Positions 55,012 through 64,000 of a stretch of 64,000 nucleotides of DNA are shown here, piece after piece. This DNA is from Prochlorococcus sp. AG-679-M23. Lineage in GTDB: Bacteria > Cyanobacteriota > Cyanobacteriia > PCC-6307 > Cyanobiaceae. The DNA lies in the NCBI GenBank assembly GCA_003208875.1, contig QCUR01000003.1:32001-96000 (forward strand). Direction: 5' to 3'. How positions within the stretch are numbered: the stretch's first letter is position 1; every line of letters begins with the position of its first letter. A program made the translations under genes and the position numbers. Under the pieces are notes generated by a model, which worked only from the letters and a program-made list of their open reading frames with translations, was not told the origin of the DNA and did no database searches.

Positions 55012-56784
55012 CTAAATACCTACTTGAACATTCCATAAGTCTGAATATACGTTCTTGTTATTTAGCAACAGCTCATGTTTCCCGCTCTCAATAATTTTGC
55101 CCTTATCTATAACAATTATATTATCAGCATTTTTAATAGTACTTAATCTATGAGCTATAACTATAGTTGTTCTTTCCTTAGTTATTTTAGATAATGATTT
55201 CTGAATTAAAACCTCTGTCTCGTTATCCACTGAAGCAGTAGCCTCATCTAAGATCAATATAGGTGCATCTTTTAAAACAGCCCTAGCTAAAGCTATTCTC
55301 TGACGTTGTCCTCCTGAAAGTTTTTGTCCCCTTTCCCCAACGATTGTTTTATAACCATCCGGTAATTGTTCAATAAATTTATGAGCTTCAGCAATTTTAG
55401 ATGCTTTTACAATATCTTTAATTTTTGGACTAGTTGCCCCATAGGCAATATTTTCCTCAACAGTTCCATGAAATAAATAAGTTTCTTGACTTACTAGAGA
55501 AATACATTTTCTTAAATCTTTTAAATTAATATCCTTTATTGGAATGTTATCCAAAGATATTAGACCCTTATTAGTATCATAAATTCTAAGAAGAAGTTTA
55601 ATAATTGTACTTTTGCCAGAACCAGTTAATCCAACAATTCCTAATGTAGAGTTATTCTGAATTTCAAAATTTATGTTCTTTAATGTTGATTCTCTACCTG
55701 GATAATTAAAATTTACATTTTCAAAACGAACATCGCCTTTTATCTTTTTAGAGCCAATTTTTATTTTGCCATCTTTTATTTTTATAGGGGTATCGATAAG
55801 ATCTATTACTCTATTTATTGATGCCATTGAGCGTTGAAAATCATCTAAAACATGACCTAGAGTAGTCAAAGGCCATAACAATCTTTGAGTAATAAAGACT
55901 AAAAAACTATATGTTCCTACATCAAGTAACTTATTCCAAGTTTGAAAACCTCCAATAAGTAAAATTGCTATAAAAGCAAATAAAATAGCAAATCTTATTA
56001 GTGGAATAAAAGCAGATGATAATTTTATTGCTGCTTTATTACTTCTTTGATATGCAAGGCTTTCTTTATTTAGTCTATTTAGCTCCCAATTCTCTTTAGT
56101 AAAGCTCTTAATAGTAAGTATCCCACTTAAATTATTATTTAATCTTGAAGCCAAAAGACCTGCTTTATTCCTGACATCTTTATATTTTGGAGAGAGCTTT
56201 CTTTGGAATCTTATTGATCCAAGAAATATTAAAGGGATAGGTAAGAAAGCAAATAATGCGATTTTGGGCGCAACAAAGATCATTGTCCCCCCAATAATTA
56301 AAACCGTAATAAATAATTGAATAAGTTGATTAGCGCCTTGATCAAGAAACCTCTCGAGTTGATTTACATCATCATTTAATATCGAAAGTAGTCTTCCCGT
56401 ATTATCGTTTTCAAAGAAAGCCATATCTAGTTCTTGAATATGCTTATAAGCCTTTATTCTCAATTTATGTTGTGATATTTGGGCTAAATTTCTCCATAAA
56501 ACTGAGTATAAATATTCAAAGAAAGATTCTGCTGACCACACTATCCCAGAAGCAAATGCAAGAAATATTAATTGGTTTGGCACTTCCTTTATCCCTAAAC
56601 TAGCAATCCAAGAATTCTGTTCTTTTACTACAATATCTACAGCAAGCCCAATAATTACTGGAGGAGCTAAATCTAAGATTTTATTTATTATTGAACTTAA
56701 AAAAGCAAATAAAAGTAGACTCCTTTCCTCTCTTAAATTTAGATAAAGCCTAACTATAGGATTTTTATTATTTATAAATCTCAT
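55012..56784 (-). CDS. ABC exporter, fused permease and ATPase (MsbA/MdlB-like)
   Basis: TM domain; GLTGSGKS, LSGGQRQR, LDEATASVD and IAHRL motifs. Confidence 0.93.
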   Translation of the reverse strand: MRFINNKNPIVRLYLNLREERSLLLFAFLSSIINKILDLAPPVIIGLAVDIVVKEQNSWIASLGIKEVPNQLIFLAFASGIVWSAESFFEYLYSVLWRNLAQISQHKLRIKAYKHIQELDMAFFENDNTGRLLSILNDDVNQLERFLDQGANQLIQLFITVLIIGGTMIFVAPKIALFAFLPIPLIFLGSIRFQRKLSPKYKDVRNKAGLLASRLNNNLSGILTIKSFTKENWELNRLNKESLAYQRSNKAAIKLSSAFIPLIRFAILFAFIAILLIGGFQTWNKLLDVGTYSFLVFITQRLLWPLTTLGHVLDDFQRSMASINRVIDLIDTPIKIKDGKIKIGSKKIKGDVRFENVNFNYPGRESTLKNINFEIQNNSTLGIVGLTGSGKSTIIKLLLRIYDTNKGLISLDNIPIKDINLKDLRKCISLVSQETYLFHGTVEENIAYGATSPKIKDIVKASKIAEAHKFIEQLPDGYKTIVGERGQKLSGGQRQRIALARAVLKDAPILILDEATASVDNETEVLIQKSLSKITKERTTIVIAHRLSTIKNADNIIVIDKGKIIESGKHELLLNNKNVYSDLWNVQVGI

Positions 56785-56794
56785 TGTTGTTTTA

Positions 56795-57073
56795 TTATAA
56801 TTTAAATTTTTTCTTAGTTTCTAACTTACATTCATTAATTGAATTTTGATGACTAGTACCTTTTCTAAATTTTTCAAAGTAGCAATTACAAGTATCTTTA
56901 GCAATTTCTTCGTCATAATTTAAATTCGCTTTTAACATTTCCAACTTAAAACTTTCAATACAAAACAAATTTATAATTGAATTATTTTTTGTATTTGCTA
57001 AATATTCAGAATTTAAAAATCCGAACAAAAGAAAAAAACTTCCTAGTACAAAATGTTTTGTAATAGAACCCAT
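56795..57073 (-). CDS. small exported Cys-rich hypothetical protein
   Basis: 92 aa; signal-like N-terminus and four Cys including CNC. Confidence 0.7.
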   Translation of the reverse strand: MGSITKHFVLGSFFLLFGFLNSEYLANTKNNSIINLFCIESFKLEMLKANLNYDEEIAKDTCNCYFEKFRKGTSHQNSINECKLETKKKFKL

Positions 57074-57082
57074 GATCCAAAA

Positions 57083-58861
57083 TTAATTCCTTATTCTTAA
57101 ATTTTTTAGTTTGTTCCTAACTTCACCATGTAAATCTCTTGGTAAATCTACCAAGCTGTACTCATTAAATATTTGTATCTTTCCAATCGATCTTCCATTA
57201 ATATTTGTAGACGTACAAATAGAAGAAATAATATTTGCTACTCTAACTCTGTCCATTTTGCCAAAATTAAATTTATAGGTTTCAAAAGAATCATTTTGAT
57301 AATTATTTCTTCTATTTGTATTTCTCATACGATTATTTCCATTTCTATTTGATCTATTACGATCAGAATTATTTTGTCTATAAAGCCAAGACTCGTCTTC
57401 GTTAATAAAGAAAGATTTATTACCTATTGCTAAATTAATAGCTGCCATTGCTATATTTGAATCTTCCATAGAATGCTTTTCTCTTAGGGTATCCAGAATA
57501 TCGATCATCAAAGCTTTTTTTTCTTCATTATTTTCCTGATCTAAAGAACTTTCATTCAAATTTGTAATTAATTTACCCATTCTTTTTTCATTAATTATTT
57601 TATTATTAGGTATCTCAATTTCTTCTATTTTATTTCTTGTTGAATTTTCTAAATTCCTAAGAAAATGTTTTTCTCTTTGATTTACAAATAAAATTGCTTC
57701 CCCAGACCTACCTGCCCTCCCTGTTCTACCGATTCTATGAGTATATGTTTCCTTATCAAAAGGAAAATCGTAATTAATAACAAGTTTAATCCTTTCAACA
57801 TCTAGGCCTCTAGCAGCGACATCAGTGGCAACAAGAATATCAATAAATCCTTTTTTTAATCTATCAACTGTATTTTCTCTTTGATTTTGTGGGATGTCAC
57901 CATTAAGAACAGCTACACTATGACCTGAGTTTTCTAGAGCTTCCGCAATTGAGGTAGTAAGTAGTTTAGTCCTCACAAATATTATTACTCCTTCATTCGT
58001 TATTTCTAATATTCTTTTTAGAGCATCTAACTTATGGTGCCTTTGAACATTAATATATTTTTGAGTAATTAATTGAGTTTCTTGTTTAACGCTTTTAATG
58101 AGTATTTCAGCTGGTTCATTTAGATATTTTTTTGCTATGTTTCTTATCTCATTTGGCATTGTTGCAGAAAACAAAACCATTTGTTTATTTTCTGGAAGTT
58201 TATCTATAATCCATTCAATATCTTCAAGGAATCCCATTTTTAACATTTCATCTGCCTCATCAAGAACAAGACAACTTATGTTATTGATCTTAAAAGTTCC
58301 TTGTCTTATATGATCCATTATTCTTCCAGGAGTTCCAACGACAATGTCTGTCTTTCTTTTAAGTGATGAGATTTGATTCCTAAAATCAGTTCCTCCATAT
58401 ATTGCTAATGTCCTTAAATTAGTTGATTCAGCACTATAACTTTTAAAAGAATCTGCTACTTGAGTAGCCAACTCTCTTGTTGGGGTCATAACCAAAACTT
58501 TAGCGTTTGATTCTTTATTATTTTCAAGCTTTTCTATTAATGGGAGAGCAAAGGCTGCTGTTTTACCTGTACCAGTCTGAGCTTGTCCTAACAAATCTCT
58601 TCCAAGCATTAATTCTGGAATTGCTGCTTTTTGTATAGGTGTAGGTGTTTTATATCCTTTACTTTCTAATGAATTTAATATTAATTTATTAAACCCAAAG
58701 CAAGCAAATCCATTATCAATATCCTCTTCTTTAAAAGAAATTTCATCTTCGGTAACTTCTAATTTTTGTTCTGATTGAATTGAAGGATTATTAGAAATAT
58801 TTTCTACCCCCAAATTATCGTCATTTTTTTCTACTAATTGATTGTCTTTATTTGAAGCCAT
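57083..58861 (-). CDS. deaD: DEAD-box RNA helicase, DeaD/CsdA type
   Basis: Q motif PTPIQ; AQTGTGKT, PTRELA, DEAD, SAT and HRIGRTGR motifs; DbpA-like RNA-binding C-terminus. Confidence 0.92.
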   Translation of the reverse strand: MASNKDNQLVEKNDDNLGVENISNNPSIQSEQKLEVTEDEISFKEEDIDNGFACFGFNKLILNSLESKGYKTPTPIQKAAIPELMLGRDLLGQAQTGTGKTAAFALPLIEKLENNKESNAKVLVMTPTRELATQVADSFKSYSAESTNLRTLAIYGGTDFRNQISSLKRKTDIVVGTPGRIMDHIRQGTFKINNISCLVLDEADEMLKMGFLEDIEWIIDKLPENKQMVLFSATMPNEIRNIAKKYLNEPAEILIKSVKQETQLITQKYINVQRHHKLDALKRILEITNEGVIIFVRTKLLTTSIAEALENSGHSVAVLNGDIPQNQRENTVDRLKKGFIDILVATDVAARGLDVERIKLVINYDFPFDKETYTHRIGRTGRAGRSGEAILFVNQREKHFLRNLENSTRNKIEEIEIPNNKIINEKRMGKLITNLNESSLDQENNEEKKALMIDILDTLREKHSMEDSNIAMAAINLAIGNKSFFINEDESWLYRQNNSDRNRSNRNGNNRMRNTNRRNNYQNDSFETYKFNFGKMDRVRVANIISSICTSTNINGRSIGKIQIFNEYSLVDLPRDLHGEVRNKLKNLRIRN

Positions 58862-58998
58862 TAAAATGCCTGATTATCTACTGATCAGGCATTCAACATT
58901 TATCTAAAGAATATTAAATTGTTGACTAGCCTTTCAGAGCCGAATCACTAATCTAACATCTGGAGGTAAAGATAACTCTGATTTCACGAAATAAAAAC

Positions 58999-60687
58999 TT
59001 AATTAAGAAAATAAATATCCAGAAAATTCTTTGCTCTTGTAATTGCGGTATATAGTAATCTCTTTTCATAACTATCTCTAAAGAAAATTAATTTGCTTTC
59101 TTTCAGACCTTCCTTGTAATTGTTAATTTGAGATTTTTGGGTCCACAAAATACTTACTTTTTCAGATTCGCTTCCTTGAGATTTATGAATAGTGATAGCA
59201 ATTGCTGGCACGACATTATCAAGAGTTGATGGTTCAATAAAGTCAACTACAAGATCATTATTTTCATTAAATTTCCTAAATAGAAATTTCCGGTTTTCAT
59301 TTTTTCCTATTAGGACTCCAATATCTCCATTTGAAATTCCGAGTTCGTTATTATTTTCAGTACACATTATGGGGATCCCTTCTTCAAGGCTAGTAAAGTC
59401 ATAAGGTTTTCTCTGGCCTAAAACAATATCATTTATATTCTCAACGCTCCATGTCCCAGTATTCTTCTCACAAAGGATAAGGTGACTTTGTAAATCTGTA
59501 AAAATATTATTTATTAAGTCTTTTTCATGGCTCATTAAATCTCCAAATGTTTTTTGAAAGATATATTCTTTTTTACTTAAGTTTGATGTTGAAATTCGTA
59601 ATTTATTAATGTAATCTTTAATTTCATTTAATAATCTTAGAGGAATATTCTTATTAATGCTTTTTAAGATATTAGCTTCTTTTGATTTTTTATCATTTTC
59701 TAATTCTTTTATCTTTTTCTTAAATAAGGAATCTGTAGGATTAAAAATAAGATTACTAAGTAATTCAATATCACCACTATTTCTATAAGTTTTATTGAGA
59801 TTTACTATACAAGATTTGATTACCTCATTATTAGAATATTCGAATAAATAATTCCAAATAGAGGAATTTTTTACTGGAGGTAATTGATTTTTATCACCAA
59901 CTAGGATTATTTTACAATCTTTAGCTAATAAATCTAAAATCAATTCAATAATATCAATATTTACCATTGACATTTCATCAATAATAAAAATATCTAATTC
60001 CTTTAATTTAAATTTTAATTTAATAGCTTTATGTTCAGAATTAAAAATCCATTTATGTAAAGTTTGACATTCTATTTGATCAAGACTTTTACTAAAAATT
60101 ATATCTTTTTGTTCATTAAGAGATTCTTTTAGTCTAGAGGTAGCTTTTCCAGTAGGTGCTGCGAGTCCTATATTTAAAAAACTGTCACTTTTTAAAGAAT
60201 TTAATATAAATTTTATAATTAAAGTTGTTTTGCCTGTTCCTGGTCCTCCTTGCAGAAATACTAAATTTGAACTTTTAAAAATATTTTTAATTTGATGAAG
60301 TTTATTATCATCATTTATTTTTATTGGGATTTTATCTATTTTCTTTAAGAAGATATTTATAACTCTATTTATCTTTCCAGACCATTTTGCTAATGATAAT
60401 TTCCTATCACTAAATATAAATGGGGAATTAAAGGAGTTTAACAATCCTAAATCTTTGAGAACTTTTAAATGTTCATTAGGCCATCCATCTTTTAATAAAT
60501 CAAATAATATTAACCTTTTATCAACTTCTACAATAGTTTCACCATTTTTCTCAAATTCTAATAATATTTTTAAAGTATCTTTTACGAAATCTCCATCTTT
60601 TATTTCATTAAATCCAAAAATATCCTGGAGGAGATTAAATATATGATTATATTGAAATGCTTCTATATCCAAATTAGTATGATTCAT
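58999..60687 (-). CDS. recD: exodeoxyribonuclease V alpha subunit RecD
   Basis: GGPGTGKT, APTGKA, IDEMSM, GDKNQLP, TIHKSQGSE and LYTAITRA motifs. Confidence 0.92.
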   Translation of the reverse strand: MNHTNLDIEAFQYNHIFNLLQDIFGFNEIKDGDFVKDTLKILLEFEKNGETIVEVDKRLILFDLLKDGWPNEHLKVLKDLGLLNSFNSPFIFSDRKLSLAKWSGKINRVINIFLKKIDKIPIKINDDNKLHQIKNIFKSSNLVFLQGGPGTGKTTLIIKFILNSLKSDSFLNIGLAAPTGKATSRLKESLNEQKDIIFSKSLDQIECQTLHKWIFNSEHKAIKLKFKLKELDIFIIDEMSMVNIDIIELILDLLAKDCKIILVGDKNQLPPVKNSSIWNYLFEYSNNEVIKSCIVNLNKTYRNSGDIELLSNLIFNPTDSLFKKKIKELENDKKSKEANILKSINKNIPLRLLNEIKDYINKLRISTSNLSKKEYIFQKTFGDLMSHEKDLINNIFTDLQSHLILCEKNTGTWSVENINDIVLGQRKPYDFTSLEEGIPIMCTENNNELGISNGDIGVLIGKNENRKFLFRKFNENNDLVVDFIEPSTLDNVVPAIAITIHKSQGSESEKVSILWTQKSQINNYKEGLKESKLIFFRDSYEKRLLYTAITRAKNFLDIYFLN

Positions 60688-60688
60688 T

Positions 60689-63600
60689 CTAAAAAAGTTT
60701 ATCTAAATAATTAATTCTATTTATAGGAGCCTGGCCAATAAAAACTCCTGGAGAAATATCTTTCTCAACAGATTTTTCAAACAACTTTTTGTCAGGCAAT
60801 CCCTTTAAAAATAAATATACATATCCTCCAAGATGAAGATTAGGTTGATAATTTTTTAATCTCCACTTTAATAATCTATGTAATGCCAATAGATAAAGAT
60901 GAGATTGCAATGGGTAATGATGTTTAATCATTTCTTCTTTCATATTTTCATAGTTATAGTTTCCAGGTAAACAATCACTATTTTCGCTTCCAGAAATAAA
61001 ATTACTTTTCCAATCGATTACCCACCATTTACTATCCTCTAACGTATTACCAATAGGGACTACACAGTCAATACAACCTGAGTGAAAACCTTTATTTAGA
61101 ATTTGTAGATCATTAATTTTGTTTGAGTAGCTTTTACCAAATTCAAATTCTTGATCCAATAGAAAGCATTTAGAAATATCATATGAATTAATATTTTTTC
61201 CATTATGAGAAAGTGTTAAATTGTACTTAACCTCTTTTAGAATATTATTTGAAGAGATATCAATTAATTTTTTATTTAATAATTTCCTTCCAAGCGAGAC
61301 GTTAATGATTCGCAATATACCTTCTCTTACATTTAATGCTAAAGAAGTATCAATTTGAAAGAAATTTAATTCTTCTTTAATTAAATCAAGTAATTTATCG
61401 TTGTTATCATTTTGAAAATCAAATCTCTCTATTATTTTATGCAAACATGTACCAGCAATAGTACCTTTAGGAAAATCACTTAAGGGATTGGAGAGAGTTA
61501 AGTATTTGGGACAATTTTTTGATTTTTCTAAATTAGTATCTTGGTAATTATTAAGAATTGAGATATTATCTTCATAATCCTTGTATTGATTGGAAGCATA
61601 GTCTGTTTTTTTTTCTTTACTAATCCATGAGGAATAACTTGAGAAAGAAATAACTTCTTCAGAAGGAATTTTTTTAGGTTTTTTTGTATTAACTTTATTT
61701 ATTTTCCAAAGATTATTCTTCAAACCATTAAAATTAAATTTATTAGATATTTCTCTAATATTTATTGCCTCTATTTTATGTTCAATTTTAGATTTATGAA
61801 AATTAATATTTTCTAGGTTAGGTAATAAATCATTATTAATAATATTATTTGTATTATTAATATCATTAAAGATAATGAGCTTATATTTACTCCTGGTAAG
61901 AGCCACATAAATCAATCTTTCACTTTCTTTAAATAAATCTCTTTCTTCTATTAATTTAAAATCTTCTACCTTACTGTAATTATTAGAAATATTGATATAG
62001 ATAGACCTATCCAAATTTGATTTCCAGATTGGACCTTTGGTTTTATTTGATTTGTTGGAAATAATAGATAAGTAGGGACATAAAACTATTTCATATTCAA
62101 GTCCCTTACTATTATGAATTGTCGAAAGATTAATTCCATTTTGAAGATTATAATCTTTTGTAAAATAATCGTCTCCAGTACAACTCCTTAAAGAATCATC
62201 TAATTGGTTTAGATACCACTTAAATACTTTATTTAGATTAAATTGATTATTGATTAATTCTATTTCAATTATCTCTGACAATTGAAATAGATTCGAGTAT
62301 AAATCTGCATCAAATATAATTGAGGATGACTTGTAATTAATAATGAGTTCATTAACAAGGGTTAAAAATCCTTTCTCTTTTAATTCCAAAGACCATGAAA
62401 TACATCGATTAGTTAAAATTTCAATTTTTTTACTAATTTGATGATCAATTAATTCTGCCATATCCATTTCTATAAATTTAGAAGTAGCCAACAAACTTAT
62501 ATTCCTATAACGCCTTGGATATAATATAGATTCAATAAATAAGACTAATAGAGTACTGGCTTCAGTATCAAAGATATTTTTTTTATTTTTAATCTGGCAC
62601 GGTATATTTAACTTTATTAATTTATTTTTTAATTCTAAACATTGAGAATTATACAAGGTAAGAATTGAAATTTTATTAATATCAATTTCATTATTATTTA
62701 AAAGAAAACTAACTATATATTTAGTGACAAGATCTTCAATATCAACTTCTTTGCTTGAAAATTCTACAATTTCAAATACATTCTTAAAATCAAATTTATG
62801 ATTAAAACTTTTATTAAGTTTAGAGTTTAAATTATTATATTCAAGTTTTGATTCTCTAAGTCCATTTTTATATAGATTATTAATAACATCAAGTAATTTA
62901 TTTGAAGATCTAAAGTTATTTGTAAGACTAAAAACTTCAATGGCATCAGATTTAGCCTCTAAATAAGTTTCAATATCTCCACCTCTAAATTTATAAATAG
63001 CCTGCTTTGGATCTCCAACGCAAAGTAAAAAGTGATTATTTGTATAAAAGAATTTTTTTATTATGCTCCACTGAATATTATCTGTATCTTGAAACTCATC
63101 CACTAGAACACATTTAAATCTATTTTGAATTTCTGAAAGACTTTTATCATTGGTAAGATCTGATCCTAGATATTTTTTCTCAACAGTCTTTATAAGATCA
63201 TTAAAATTAAAAATAGATAAACTTCTTTTTAAGGTAATTAGTTTTATATAAGCTAATTGAATAAATATTCTTACAAATTCAGTATAAAAGCCTTCTTTAA
63301 TTTTATAAATTTTATCTTGAAGTAATTTAAACCTACTAAAATCTAGACTTAGATCAAATTTATTTATTTCTTTATTGATATTTTTATTATAAAAATATTT
63401 AAATAAAAGATCTTCATTTGAAATCTCATATAAAAGTTGACTTATATCTTCTGAATTAAGTCTTTTATTAATATCTTCTATCCATTCAGTTATTTGATTA
63501 AACTTATTGTTTCTTGGCTTGGACGAATATACCTGACTTTTGCATCCAATTTCCTTTATTAATTTCCCTAATGAAATAAGTTTAAGATATAATTCCTCCC

Positions 63601-64000
63601 CATTATTATTCCATTCAACACAAAACGCTTTCCAATTTATATGTAAAAATTCTTTTAAATAACTTGATATATCAATATTCTTATATTTATTTATTATTTC
63701 AAATTTGCAAATATTTTCTTGATCAATATTTTTTAAAATTTCAACAAAAAATGATTTATTAATTTTACTTCCATATATAGAACTTATTTTTTTTTGATTA
63801 ACTGCAGAAATTATTTCTGGATCAAGATTTTGAAATTGCTCAATCCATAAATCATCGATTATATCTTGGTATAAATTATCTATATTATTTTCAATAAATG
63901 GATCTTGTGCTGAGCCTATATCTATACTAAATTCCTCTAAAATATTATTGCAAAAAGCATGGAACGTAGTTACTTTTAGTTTATAAATAGTATTAATAAA
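60689..64000 (-). CDS. recB: exodeoxyribonuclease V beta subunit RecB (5' end runs off the window)
   Basis: Frame checked open with no stop from 64000 to 63103 (…TTFHAFC…LVDEFQDT). VGDPKQAIYKFRG, STIHNSKGLE and YVALTRS motifs; nuclease motifs GCID, DWKSN and YPLQ. Confidence 0.93.
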   Translation of the reverse strand, partial: FINTIYKLKVTTFHAFCNNILEEFSIDIGSAQDPFIENNIDNLYQDIIDDLWIEQFQNLDPEIISAVNQKKISSIYGSKINKSFFVEILKNIDQENICKFEIINKYKNIDISSYLKEFLHINWKAFCVEWNNNGEELYLKLISLGKLIKEIGCKSQVYSSKPRNNKFNQITEWIEDINKRLNSEDISQLLYEISNEDLLFKYFYNKNINKEINKFDLSLDFSRFKLLQDKIYKIKEGFYTEFVRIFIQLAYIKLITLKRSLSIFNFNDLIKTVEKKYLGSDLTNDKSLSEIQNRFKCVLVDEFQDTDNIQWSIIKKFFYTNNHFLLCVGDPKQAIYKFRGGDIETYLEAKSDAIEVFSLTNNFRSSNKLLDVINNLYKNGLRESKLEYNNLNSKLNKSFNHKFDFKNVFEIVEFSSKEVDIEDLVTKYIVSFLLNNNEIDINKISILTLYNSQCLELKNKLIKLNIPCQIKNKKNIFDTEASTLLVLFIESILYPRRYRNISLLATSKFIEMDMAELIDHQISKKIEILTNRCISWSLELKEKGFLTLVNELIINYKSSSIIFDADLYSNLFQLSEIIEIELINNQFNLNKVFKWYLNQLDDSLRSCTGDDYFTKDYNLQNGINLSTIHNSKGLEYEIVLCPYLSIISNKSNKTKGPIWKSNLDRSIYINISNNYSKVEDFKLIEERDLFKESERLIYVALTRSKYKLIIFNDINNTNNIINNDLLPNLENINFHKSKIEHKIEAINIREISNKFNFNGLKNNLWKINKVNTKKPKKIPSEEVISFSSYSSWISKEKKTDYASNQYKDYEDNISILNNYQDTNLEKSKNCPKYLTLSNPLSDFPKGTIAGTCLHKIIERFDFQNDNNDKLLDLIKEELNFFQIDTSLALNVREGILRIINVSLGRKLLNKKLIDISSNNILKEVKYNLTLSHNGKNINSYDISKCFLLDQEFEFGKSYSNKINDLQILNKGFHSGCIDCVVPIGNTLEDSKWWVIDWKSNFISGSENSDCLPGNYNYENMKEEMIKHHYPLQSHLYLLALHRLLKWRLKNYQPNLHLGGYVYLFLKGLPDKKLFEKSVEKDISPGVFIGQAPINRINYLDKLF

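Noticed and set aside
63104..64000. Apparent non-coding gap or truncated recB upstream of the track ORF start at 63103
   Set aside because: Manual translation shows 299 more codons with no stop and no ATG/GTG/TTG. recB continues past the window edge.

Overview
This is a gene-dense, very AT-rich core-genome segment of a marine picocyanobacterium. It is almost certainly Prochlorococcus, probably a high-light ecotype; this is inferred from gene content, gene order and composition. About 55 housekeeping genes run from a truncated MFS transporter to a truncated recB, including chlI, petG, trxA, guaB, gyrA, leuA, zwf-opcA, petH, sasA, clpC, lysA-cdaA-uppS, psbP and deaD-recD-recB. Four elements missing from the ORF track were read directly: the MFS gene, petG, tRNA-Glu(UUC) and the Yfr1 sRNA between guaB and trxA. 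I found no mobile element, CRISPR array, prophage or defence island, and I cannot support a wholly new multi-gene system. The best leads are: a three-hairpin leader directly upstream of deaD; a one-base frameshift in an A8 run of the Orn/Lys/Arg decarboxylase gene; a perfect 10-nt match to the Yfr1 seed in that same gene; a c-di-AMP cyclase with RHL instead of RHR plus a PgpH-like phosphodiesterase; an FNR with a hydrophobic N-terminus; an orphan CpcS-like protein; and a K-box-like motif upstream of clpC.
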